64,000 nucleotides of DNA, taken from Phoronis australis (Eukaryota; Animalia; Phoronida). Position 1 is the first letter of the stretch. Every line of letters starts with the position of its first letter. The stretch is from the NCBI GenBank assembly GCA_002633005.1, contig NMRA01000047.1, forward strand, positions 893,326 through 957,325. The letters are read 5' to 3'. The position numbers and the translations under genes were made by a program. The notes under the pieces were generated by a model. The model made no database searches, was not told where the DNA came from, and saw nothing but the letters and a program-made list of their open reading frames with translations. Below are positions 11,071 to 23,069 of this stretch, piece after piece.

Positions 11071-12047
11071 AATTTTGGTGACTTTTCATTTTTTATTTTT
11101 ATTTATTTTTTTGGAAGTGTTCCGGTGTAAGATTCACTTTCGAATGAAATATTCGCAACATTTGAGAAAATGACTGTAAATCGAGGGATAACATTTGAGC
11201 TTGGGCAAAAGGCAGAGCAGATAGGAGCAAATACCCATCTTCATTTCAAATTTCACACCAGGTAAGTCCATAGAACCCAGACTAGATAGCCGATGTCAAT
11301 GTCTGGGCAACAACAGATAAGGCTGACCCTTAGTGCACAGAAGATTCATGCAAATAGACTCCTTCAGCATTAATGAATTTTTGTGGATGTGGGCGCTTAC
11401 CAATATGGTAATTGAGCAAGCAGAAACAATCAACAGAAAGATGCTCACTACGAGGCACTAATTGCGTGTCTCATGTTTTAAAAATTTCGCTCTTTCTCCC
11501 GAGTGAGTAGCTACCAGTGTCAATACGACTAATTGTCACAGGCATCACCACTGAAAATTGATCGAATCGAAATAGATTTCAAACAGTGAAATTGATTCTG
11601 TGATCTCATTAAAAGATCGCGAAGATGAGGCGACATCTCCTCAGCCACACTCAAATCTTCATTTGGCATTGCTAAAAATTGTTTAGAATTACATCAACTG
11701 AATTGAAGCCACCTCGGCAACACACAAAACTTTGTCTTGAAGCAACGGCCTCTGTTATTGGGTTGAGAAACAGACCATCTTGGTATTGAATAAGTCTCAT
11801 TCCCAGAATGTCATCTGATGAATCCCCTGTAGTATCTGCCTATCATAGCCGCTTTGCCATTTCTAAGTGATAATTTCACTCAAAACTGATTCAGAGCCGA
11901 GCCTGGATCAGAATGGCTTCAAACTGATAGATTCTGAAAAATTACAATTCCCATCACTACCTGTTATTATGCATTTTCCTTAAAGATTTAAACTTTTCCA
12001 AATTACTGTACTCACACCAGAGATAATAGCCCTCGTACAACACGCAA

Positions 12048-12073
12048 CATATATCATATATCATATCATATCA
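12048..12073. repeat. (ATATC)n microsatellite
   Basis: About 4-5 copies. Confidence 0.8.
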
Positions 12074-12614
12074 AAGCTGAGGGTCACTTAACAAGACTAT
12101 TTCTCAAACTTTCGTCTAAATTTCGATTGTTGGCATGACGCCAACAATTTTAACACAATATACAATGCCGCATTGTTATAGCTGGCATCAAACGTGATGC
12201 AATCCTTTACAAATTCAGCACATAACATCTCTATTTTGCCAAGTTCCTCAACAAAAGTAAAGATTATTTTTAGTATATTTTTAGCTTAGTTTTATTATAT
12301 AAACAACACAAAATAACATTTAGTAAACATTGTATTATTTAATTATTTATATTTAGAGAATCTGCCTCTGAAAAATAGAAAACAACAATCCTGGCAATTA
12401 TGTTTGTGCAAAACATAACGAATAATCACATTGACGTAGGATTATGAAACCAGGTCTTAGTACTTTTCAGCACACCTGGATAATTAAATATCATATAAAA
12501 CGATTCTCAAAAAATGAACTTACACCCAGATTTGATTCCGTGTGACATGAATGGCCATTGAATAGGTCCGGGCTAGATGTAAAATAATATAAAATGCACC
12601 CTTATTCCACAGTA

Positions 12615-13120
12615 CAGGGCTTGGAATGACCAATGACAAAAAACGCGGAAACTTATATGACCCAAATCATGCGCGCTACCCAGCCTTGAAATGGTCGATG
12701 TCAATCTTTCCCCGACAAAAATCGGGAGGACTAAAAAAAAGAAAAAAAAACGTTACCACCATCAGTAGCATGCGTCTGCGTCCTTTTAGGTCGTCCGTCC
12801 ACTCCCAATCCACACACTTTTGGCTGCAGGGCCATAGTATTTGTCGTCGCGGTTTACAATAACACGAGACGCCATTGAAAATAACACCACGCTATCCCAG
12901 ATGCCCCGCAATGTTGACAATTTACGTTCCTCCGAAACATAAAGAGCAACTTCCGCTTTTCGAGGTGAACGTCGTCTGCAGTGACTCGGTAAGAAAGGAA
13001 TTTGCCGCGGAAATTTTATATCAAATCCGATTTTTTTTACGCGGAAATATAATAAAATGCGCGGAAAGCACATTTGAAAAAAGCGGAAATCCGCGTTTCC
13101 GCGGAAAATTCCAAGCCCTG
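12615..13120. mobile_element. hAT-like MITE (506 bp) with 6-bp TSD
   Basis: Perfect 13-bp TIRs CAGGGCTTGGAAT (12615-12627) and ATTCCAAGCCCTG (13108-13120). ACAGTA flanks both sides. Multiple subterminal CGCGGAAA motifs. Confidence 0.85.
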
Positions 13121-16100
13121 ACAGTATAAAAAATGAAAACAAAAAAACGATAGCTTTGAGCATATAAAACTATTTGAGAGAGAGAAAAACTACAAACAGG
13201 GAGAACTATATACCATGTATTATTTTCGTAACCATGCCAAACTTAGTTTTTAGGTAATTTGTTCACTAGTACCTTAGAAATTTGTGATAACATTCTGAAG
13301 CGTATACTGGAGAGCCTGGAAATCAAGGGGTGGGCACTTAACTTAGAGATGGATGCTTAAATAAAAAAATTTTAAAAAAGTGGTAGTGAGTGCTTCAACA
13401 AACATGGGCAGTTAACCAGAACCAGACAGTAATCTTACCTTGGCCACTTATAACCTTCAGAACTGGAGTCCAGAGAAACGAAATTCAAAGAATTTGCTGC
13501 AAGGCTAGTTGCTGACACAAAAGTTTAATCAAACCCCTCTAACCAACAAGTGCATTTGACACGTCCATTCGAGTAGCTAAATTATGCAACTTGAAGTAGG
13601 AGAAAAAACACTTGCCAAAATTCTAGAACTGACTTGCCATTTAAACATTACCAAAATTCTTGAAGATGATAGATACAAATGCAAATTTACTCCATTTGTT
13701 CAAAATTCAAATTTTATAACTTAAACGATAGGAAAACTTCTTGAATCAAAAGTAGAGGGAAGGCGCTTAGCCAAACAGTGGGTACTGAATCTGAAATTTT
13801 TTAAAGGCGTGGACGCTTACGCGAGCATGGGCGTAACCCTAATGTCAAGGCTACTTGAGGAACATCAGTAAATTGACAATGGTCATATCAAAAACTTTTG
13901 TCATACCCCAAAACATGGAGAGTTTAAATGGATGCCAAACTAGTTTTGACCTATTAACACATTATCATAACGACTTTCCCATCCAGCTCTCTTAACAAAA
14001 TGATGTTCTTTAACTCTCCTCAACCCTTGAAAGTCTAGAGAAAGTTTTGAAAACTCCTTACTAAGTCTGCTTAAATGGGCAAGTGCGACCTAAGCTTTAG
14101 GGAGTTACAACACTACTATAGGAGAAAGACCACCCATCTAGAACCATATCCATTTTGTAGCATGGTGAATTAGTGTTTTCAATCAAATCGCGCTTCTATC
14201 ACTCAAGTGAGACACCAATAGTGCATTTGCAGAGGACAGAACCAAGATTGGTTGAAATCATTAAACCATGGTTTTGTATCTTTCTAAGTGTAAATGAGTA
14301 GACTATTTGTCATTCTCTTACTGATCTCCACAACTGAAAACTCAAAAATGTCGGAAGCGTGCAAATGCCAACAAATATGCCAACAAATATGCCGCAAGCA
14401 CTGATGGCTGATTGCAGTGCAAAGGTACTTCCAGCTGAACTCTGACCTGCATTGTTATCACATGACCTATACTTATTTTCAGTGGTGGTTTAGCCTAACT
14501 AAAAGTTCTTTAGGCCCTGTTGAACATGGCGACAGACATTACAGTCAGTGTTGAAATAATAAAATACACACAGGGTTGAAGTCAAGAGAAAGTAACAGGC
14601 ATTAGCAGCTGTTCTTATAATTACTCTATGCTTGTTGGACGGATTTTAATTCATAGATTCTGGAAGTAATTGCAATGAGGACCAATGACCAATGTATGGC
14701 TAATGGTAAACAAACGAATAAACTAAACATGGTTTATTTAGAAGCATGATGAAATATTCACCATAAGCAAACCAGGCCACAGCACCTGATCAAACGAGCA
14801 GGGTAGCTGAAGTAATTTAGTATTTGTTCAACATAGACTACATACATGCAATTTGAAAGCGTCACATTACACAAATTGCATTTTTTTAACACTGTTGAGT
14901 ACTTAAATTGAAAATTGTCATCTGTGAAACCAGTGTCAACAATCAAACGAGTTTTACCCAAGCATTAAAAATAATAAAAATGGTATGGCTCAGCAACTGC
15001 CGAAATGAGATATTTAACAAAACGCCAAGAGTCACATCAAGTAAATGATCCCATCTCAAAAACTCCTTTACCTCGTACAGTATCCAGCACACCTGAATAG
15101 TAACTGAATATCAAGAACCCAGGATAGCCCATGAGCTCAAGCCACAAATTGGCAAATTACTACACCACTACACAAAGAACCATTCTCAGAATGAACAATC
15201 AGGCAGATAGGAAGATTCTGAACTAATGAAAACACTTTTTTGGAAATTGGAAAAAGAAAAAAATGCTTTCATAGGAATTCAAAAAATGTTTGTAAAAAAG
15301 ATATTTTTTACATATTTCTAAAGAGTAACATGGAAATGAACAATCAGTGTTTTACCTCCTTTAAATATACGGAATCCTTGTTTTTACCAGTTTTGAGTGG
15401 TTCTGAATTGATAAGAATTGAAACAAGAGCTTTCGAAGTATTGAACTTTTGTTTTGCTCTGGGATGAGTTAGTTATTGGTACTTAACTGACCTATTGCCA
15501 GGATTTTGAGTGACGGCTTAACAGACCAATTAGAATGCAGCATTCTTGACACACCATCGTTTCCAAGCTGACATCTTAACCGACAAACAACATGTTATCG
15601 GGTAAAACCTATTGTTTCTTTGTCGACATTTCGCAAGGGGCGGAGCTTGCGATAGGTCAATTGGCAATTTAATGCAACATACCACATGTTTTCATTACAT
15701 TACAGTGATATTTACAAGCAGGTCAAATGTGACAAACTAATTACTCAGTCATCAAAACCAATGTCATCAAGGGAACATTGCAGTTTCATTGACCAATGTG
15801 CAGGCCAGTTAGCAGTTATTAAGAGGTGGAAGTATCATTTGGAATATGGTAAAACAACTCCAACAGCTAATGATTTGTTTAGTGGTTGTTATCTTGACAA
15901 CATGCCAATGATCTGTCCAAAAACAACTAAATTGTAGAACATGAGCCATTGCTAAGATGTGAAGTGTTGCATATTGGAAAATAGGGTCATTTTTTAATTC
16001 TGAAGTAACAACTGAATATCAATAAAAAGGGCAAAACTGCCATTTGTAGCTGCAACCACTCACCTTTCATTTTATTTTGGCTTTGCAGTACAAACTTTGG

Positions 16101-16307
16101 TATCTATCTAGTGGATTTTTAAATATTTTTGTGGAGGAGTTGACAAAATAAAATTCACCTTTCTGCCACATTATAATCTAAACTTAAGAAGCTTCATAGT
16201 GGCCAATCACTGCTCAGTTATCAATCAAAATGTTAATAATTATTTTTCGGCAAATTCAAATTGTAAGCGGATGGAATATTTATGACTTACAGACAACCAG
16301 GCTGGCA

Positions 16308-16396
16308 AAAAAGTACACTGCCACACACAAAAAGTAAACTGCCAGACACAAAAAGTACACTGCCAGACACAAAAAGTACACTGCCAGACACAAAAA
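16308..16396. repeat. 21-bp minisatellite, ~4 copies
   Basis: AAAAAGTACACTGCCAGACAC. Confidence 0.9.
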
Positions 16397-16837
16397 CACT
16401 GGTGCACATAACATGTAAAGTAACACATTTTAGTAAAGTCAATGAAAGGCAAATTATTTTTCTGCAAGTTAGATAGTACACTTGTAACGAACAATGATCT
16501 GTTGCCTTTGCGTTAACCACTGGCAGTTAATACAAGCAACCACTAATCTTGTGCGATTTGTCAGCTACAAGGAAATAAACCCACAGCAACTTATTAGGCA
16601 ATACCTACAGTTGCCACAGCAACACCAGAAATTATTTCCATCAAAATGGAACCGGTTTTTAAACAAAAACAATGTCACTAATTACGGCACAGGTGAATAA
16701 GCGGTTACAATTCCGATCACGCTTGAGTGACAGACTAGCAGACATTTTACTTCCGACGGAATCACGCCCGAAGCTTTCACAACCACGTGTTCAGTTATAC
16801 ACAGCACAATTGTGCTAATTGTAGACTTTATTTGCAG

Positions 16838-17052
16838 GTGAAGCAAACAGATCGGATGAACAGAGTCAAAGTTGAATCTTCCCGAAGAGATAATTGAACT
16901 GAGCGCAGACAACAAAGACAACAGAAGATCTGCAGTACGGCTATCATTTCATGCTTTGGCGAGCTGAAAACGAGAGCTCTTTTTATCAATAGGCTCGAAA
17001 GCTCTCACTCAACTTGGTCACAGAATACCAGGAAGTGCTAGATGAATTATAC
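16838..17052 (+). other. Probable 5' UTR portion of the first coding exon of the receptor gene
   Basis: Acceptor TTTATTTGCAG|GT ends at 16837, with branch-like TGCTAAT upstream. An in-frame TAG at 16990-16992 precedes the ATG at 17053. Confidence 0.5.
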
Positions 17053-17515
17053 ATGAGTGGAAGAGTAGTAAATGCCATAACAGAAGGAATATACATGGGT
17101 GCTGTAACTAATGACTTTGGCACTAGCGGGAACAAACTATCCAGAAAATTGGAATTGTCAACAACGAGGGTGTTCTTGGATACGTCTGGAAGCGTAAGAA
17201 ATCCAAAAGGGTTGACAACGTTGACGCCAAGTAGCACTACAATGTCAAGGTCCAGTGCGCAGGCTTTAATACACACCGTGACAAACTATGGAGCCGCATC
17301 ACAAGATGAGCGGACAGATACTTCGGATATTGTGACGGACGATAGCTATCCGGATTTAGAAAATTTAACGAGGATATTCTGCTCAGGAACAATGTGTACG
17401 ATAGCGGAGGACTCGAACATAACAGCGAAGCCGAACAGTACAGTTAAAGGAGAACCAGAAGAGATTAACTGGGCAATATTGTTGCTATCTACCCTTGTGC
17501 TTTTGGGAATATTAG
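17053..17515 (+). CDS. HTR2: 5-HT2-type serotonin receptor, coding exon 1 (long N-terminus + most of TM1)
   Basis: First in-frame ATG after the stop at 16990. S/T-rich ectodomain with NLT/NIT/NST sequons, then NWAILLLSTLVLLGILG ending in G|GTAAG (phase 1). The start codon choice is an inference. Confidence 0.8.
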
Positions 17516-19591
17516 GTAAGCTTAAAATTACAGGACAAGACAAAAATAGGTGGAAATCAAAGTCTTGTTCACACGGGCCTGCTAATGTTCACGCATAGCG
17601 AACAACAAAATGGCATGGAGCTTAGAATTGAGGCTATTCATTTGTTTCCATGGTATTTCTCCAGATAAAATGTGTTAACTGAAAAAATTCAAACTTAGCC
17701 AAGTAAACAGTAACCCAATTTGAGAAAAACTCCAGGGAACCACGGTAACCTGAATGCACCTACCATAGATATATTACGGCGCCTACCAATAGTCGTTTTC
17801 AATACTAAAAACGATAATAGTTTTGATACTCGATGACGTCATAGCCTAAGAACCAGTAACAATGTCCTTGACCTTATATTTATGACTTTTTGCATCCACA
17901 GGCTCAAGGTTATGTAGGACCCTTAAAAGGATTCAAATTTGGCTAATTTCAGAACATTGCATCTCAGAAACGACATTTCAGATAAGAAAGTATGCTTAAA
18001 GTACTCTTCTCCGAAACGCTGTTAGGACCTGTTCCACTTTCGCATCATAGGACTATCAAAAATAGGACTTCTGTGATTTTTATGAAAAAAATCAAAAGTT
18101 GCACAATACTACAGAAAACTGTAACAGCATTTTTGAGATTTCATTTTAAATATTTATACAAAAAAAATTCTGCCATGTTATTGATAAAGCTGTTTTTGCT
18201 ATGAAAGTACCTTTCTTTTGCTGAACTTCACATAAAAGACAGGGTCACGTGACCCTATTAATGAGAGTGGTATAAAGTCAAAAATCAAATTCAACAGGCT
18301 TGATAAGGCCCTACATAACATTAACTAAATTCATGACATCATGACAGTAAAGACATTTTAAAAACTATTACTCTCAATGTTTCCTCGATTTCGTTTTTAT
18401 TCCAACAAACGCTAATTTTTATCAAATATCAATGTACTGAAATGTATCACTGCTCATCGATCAATGCTGCCAAACCTGACAATTCCCCTAGTGACCGAGT
18501 TCCGCTAAATCTTAAACGCCACTNAAGACAGGGTCACGTGACCCTATTAATGAGAGTGGTATAAAGTCAAAAATCAAATTCAACAGGCTTGATAAGGCCC
18601 TACATAACATTAACTAAATTCATGACATCATGACAGTAAAGACATTTTAAAAACTATTACTCTCAATGTTTCCTCGATTTCGTTTTTATTCCAACAAACG
18701 CTAATTTTTATCAAATTTCAAAGTACTGAAATGTATCAATGCTCATCGATCAATGCTGCCAAACCTGACAATTCCCCTAGTGACCGAGTTCCGCTAAATC
18801 TTAAACGCCACTTACCTAAAGCCTAGAATGCAATTAGTAAGGTTTTCAACTAATCCACAACTTAACTATGATGAAGTCAATTACCGCACATAGTCCACAC
18901 CATTACAGGTAGGTACCACATAGATAGTTTTAACTAAATCTCCAATAAGGCATCAATAGTGTAGAGATGGTTATATCACCAGGACTCAGAATACCTAACG
19001 ATTGCCGAGATGGATTTTTCGTCACTTAGCAGGGTCATTATGGTTATTCTTTACTAACTTCACACAAAAAAGTTAGATTTTTCAAAGACAGGTTATCTTG
19101 CTCTCCATGTTAAGAACTTCACCAAATGTTGTTTTTAAGACACTCACAGTGTAAACCATGCTAGTAACTGCCTAAAAGTCTCTTAATCTCTAATTTTGGG
19201 GAGAAATTTGAAGAAATAAAATTTCACTTGTCGGCCATATTGCGTGCCAAATAAATGAAGACTTACAGCATGTGTTGTTGATTTAATAATTAATAATTTA
19301 ATAAGATTTATCAGAAAAACACACAAATCTTGGACATTGAACTACCACATATTGCTGTGAAGAGTGTGTATTATTTCAATGGAAACAAGCAGAATTTGTT
19401 CTTATAACTTTTTAAAATTCATATTGAAAATTGGAAACACTGCATTAAAAAGTTATTTTGCACAACACACACCATCCATGATTCAACTTTATTCAATGAC
19501 CATCTAAGGCATCAAGTAATTATGAGTGCCCTGGATTATAGCCAAACTTTGATCGATCGTCATTACTAAAACGTGATTGGTTCACTTGCAG

Positions 19592-19732
19592 GGAATATTC
19601 TTGTCATCATGGCCATATCGACAGAAAAGAAACTTCAGACGGTGACCAACTACTTCTTGTTGTCTCTGGCAGTGGCCGACCTTCTGGTGTCTGTGATAGT
19701 CATGCCATTTGGTATGACACAACTCTTAATAG
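19592..19732 (+). CDS. HTR2: 5-HT2-type serotonin receptor, coding exon 2 (TM1 end to TM2)
   Basis: TTGCAG| acceptor restores GNILV (N1.50). [27 protein letters not shown] (D2.50). G|GTAAG donor, phase 1. Confidence 0.93.
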
Positions 19733-21720
19733 GTAAGTCCAATGTCCTCTTATGCAATATTGGCACCTGACCATCTGGCCGAAATGGGAGGTGAACCTGC
19801 AGGATGGTCACCCACTGGGAAATCCAGGTGTGTGATAGACAGCCAAGTAAAGTGGCAATGGTACACCACTGGGTAGCCTAGGTAACAATGTGATCTTAGG
19901 GACTTCATGGATTAATAACCAGGCAAACTGTATCACCAATTGGGGGTAGGCTAGAGACTCCGTTGACAATAAATGGGGCACGCTGTTATCAACGGCTGGT
20001 GTGAAAACCAAAGGTATTGATTTGGTAGGCAACAATGTATATACGCTAGTTACTCGAAACGGACTATCCCGACAAAAGTATGTTGTGGTGCCGAGTGCAG
20101 CCATGGCTTATGATGGCTAATCATTACTAATTTAAAAATACAAAGTATTTAAGATAATACCCGTAGTAGAAATACCAAGAGCAGACAGTGAGTGAATGAC
20201 CCAATGGTGGGTAATAGTAGGCAATGACTGCATTGGAAACTATCAACAGGGGATTAGGTGTGGACCTGGTGAGGACAGGGCGGGATGACACAAGGTCACC
20301 TTGGGGCAATAATGTTATTAAAATTAATAATTCACAGCCTGTAATCAATCTAGGGTCACTAAAGAATCTACTGTCGGCAAGTGAAGCAATAAAAGTAAAG
20401 CCTTGACAAGGACATGAAGGATGCGTTAAATGCATGTACTTTAGTCTAAGCAGTGGATGGCTAATGAAATCAAATGTAGTCTGCCACACAGTTTATATGG
20501 TTTCATATCAAATGACCCTTGTCAAAACACTGCTAAGCACATTACATGATGAACATGACCATTTCATTAATCAATATACGACCACAGAACAGCTAACTCC
20601 CACTTAACTCGCTAGTATTCTCTAATTCTGCGGCAAATGCGACTGAAACTAAAAATACAAAAGGAACACGGCCCAGCCTGTGAGTCCGTTTCTTGAAAAG
20701 TGACTGAATCAAAAATTCAGTCTTACGCTTCATACAACTGTTTCTGTATTCAATCTAACCCAAACTGCCTAGGGAAAAGCCACTGCCAACCAACACGGAT
20801 TATAAATTAATCATATGAGTGATTGAAAAAGCTTGTTAACATTATATCAAATTATGACGCCCAGAGAGAAATGCGAAAACTAGCCGACAAAGGAAAACGA
20901 ACTTAATAAAGGAATACGTTTTCCACTTGAAAATTTTCAGTATGTCTCTATGATGACCGTACTCAGGCGAGTAATTAAGAACATATTTTTACACTCTTCA
21001 TTATCATTTTTGCTGAAGATCAATTGAATCTACAACATTGATTGATAGTGTTGATTATGTCAACATAAATGTACTGCAAGAATAAAACCGAGGGAAGTAA
21101 AAGACAATACATAACCATAATTAGAGCAGAAGAGAAAATATGGTAATAGAATCCTCAATATGGGCAGAAAATAATTGCTAAAATTGCCCTTTTTCTATTT
21201 TTCAGAGTCTGTTGTAATACTCAAATGTAGTACAGTGATTGCTACACTACACAGCTCATGCTAAAAGCAAAGTTATTTTTGGTGAGAAATTTGACAAAAT
21301 GAAATTTCACCGGTCCACCATATTGTGTTTCAAACTGAAGAATTTTTACCGTAGACAACAAAAGTTTTATACGGACAAGGATTTCACAGGAAAATTGCAC
21401 TGTGGTTCCTATTTTAAGAATTTTCGTGGTATTTCATCATACCTCCACTTTCACATAAACTACAAGTGTGAAAGGGGTAAACAACCACTTTGCTGTTGCT
21501 TTTAGAAAAATAAACGTCCTCAGTAATCTTGGATAGACAGTTTTTACTGTAGATTACTGGTCCATAATTGGCATATATTTAATATTCAAGGAACTATGGA
21601 ATGTCAGATTAACAGCATCTTGGGTCTACATTCAGTTCCATTCCAAACGAAAATGGCCCATAGGGATCGATGTGTTCAATATGGAATAGGACACTGTGTT
21701 TTAATGGAGGTGAATACAGA

Positions 21721-21856
21721 ATCAAAATGCAGGCCTCTAACTGGGCCATTCACATCAAGATGCAGGCCTCTAACTGGGCCATTCACTTCAAGATGCAGGC
21801 CTCTAACTGGGCCATTCACATCAAGATGCAGGCCTCTAACTGGGCCATTCACATCA
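21721..21856. repeat. 33-bp minisatellite x4 (intron 2)
   Basis: ATCAAGATGCAGGCCTCTAACTGGGCCATTCAC, followed by a short duplicated TTCCTGTTGTCAC. Confidence 0.95.
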
Positions 21857-22008
21857 TTTCCTGTTGTCACATCACTTCCTGTTGTCACGTTTTTAGTAAA
21901 TACATGCTTAAGGAACAGTTTTTAACACGGAAAAAATGTATCTCCAAGATAATAAAGGATCTTATTTCTTATTAAAGATGTATTTGCATGCTATTAAATA
22001 TGCTTATG

Positions 22009-22205
22009 TATGGCAGGAACTAAACGGCAATGCATTTTGAACATCATCTATGCTAAACAAAGTGTAGTTGTATTCAATGACAACTTGTAAGTGTGAAAAC
22101 AAAAAATTCTTCAAATAGGTGACTTTTGCACAAATGACATACATTGGGGGCTCACATAGGCCGCATCATGCAGTGTTATTCCCCAACACCACGTCAGGAT
22201 ACTTA
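22009..22205 (+). repeat. Dispersed repeat with an inverted copy at ~55238-55440
   Basis: Shared blocks such as GCATCATGCAGTGTTATTCCCCA, ACAACTTGTAA.TGTGAAAACAAAAAATTCT and TTGAACATC.TCTATGCTAAA. Confidence 0.8.
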
Positions 22206-22946
22206 GTGGACATGCTTGAGATTTACGGGGATCATTTTTGACACAAAACTGGTTTTTAAAAGCATTTGGCAATTTTCTTCTACTTCATATTCAAATTGCC
22301 GCATTGCCGACATTTCCTGATTACTGACACTTGATAAGGCACTGTATGAGTGTGCCCTCCCAAACGATGATTTTCCTGAAAGTGGGGCTTTCGTCAATTT
22401 AGGCAACTGTTTTGATGTTAAATTGAACGAACAGATATATAACTGCACTGAATTCAGCAAAAAACAGATTTCATCTCACAAATCTCTTGCAAAAACAGAT
22501 GCACAGGTGCAAAACAATCATTTCTCACAAGCTATAACCAGTGAGGTGTGAAAATATCTTCAGCTACAATAATTTTTCAATTATTCTGCACAATATGAAT
22601 TGTCAAATTTGCTGTTGTGTGATTTTCAAAAGCCTATCTCGATACAATTACCAGATGGCACTAGAGTTGTTTTGTGATCAGTGTACAGTACAAGTGAAGG
22701 ATTTTCTTAAAGATTGTTTTTGTTGAGAAATGTGGCAGAAGATAGATTCATTTTCAATGTTCTGTCACGGCTTATAACAGGCAAAGAGCATGTATCTACA
22801 GATAGGCAAAAATACCTAATCAAAAGGTCAGTCTGCCAACACAGCCCAGAAATGTGTAGGAGTGGCACACGATGGTAACATCCAATTTTCTTTTTTTTCC
22901 TATCCACGATTTTAACTCAATAATGCCTAGGTGAATGCATAAACAT

Positions 22947-23069
22947 TTTCAGGGTAAGTACGGTGCATTATAATGGCATAACTCACTTTCAGGGTAAGTA
23001 CAGTGCATTATAATGTCATAACTCACTTTCAGGGTAAGTACAGCGCATTATAATGGCATAACTCACTTT
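22947..23069. repeat. 40-bp minisatellite x3 (intron 2)
   Basis: TTTCAGGGTAAGTACAGTGCATTATAATGGCATAACTCAC, with AGGGTAAGTA at 22951, 22991 and 23031. Confidence 0.95.

Noticed and set aside
18236-18812. 288-bp tandem duplication (18236-18523 / 18525-18812)
   Set aside because: The copies abut a single N and differ at 3 positions, typical of an unmerged contig or haplotype overlap. Treated as an assembly artefact.
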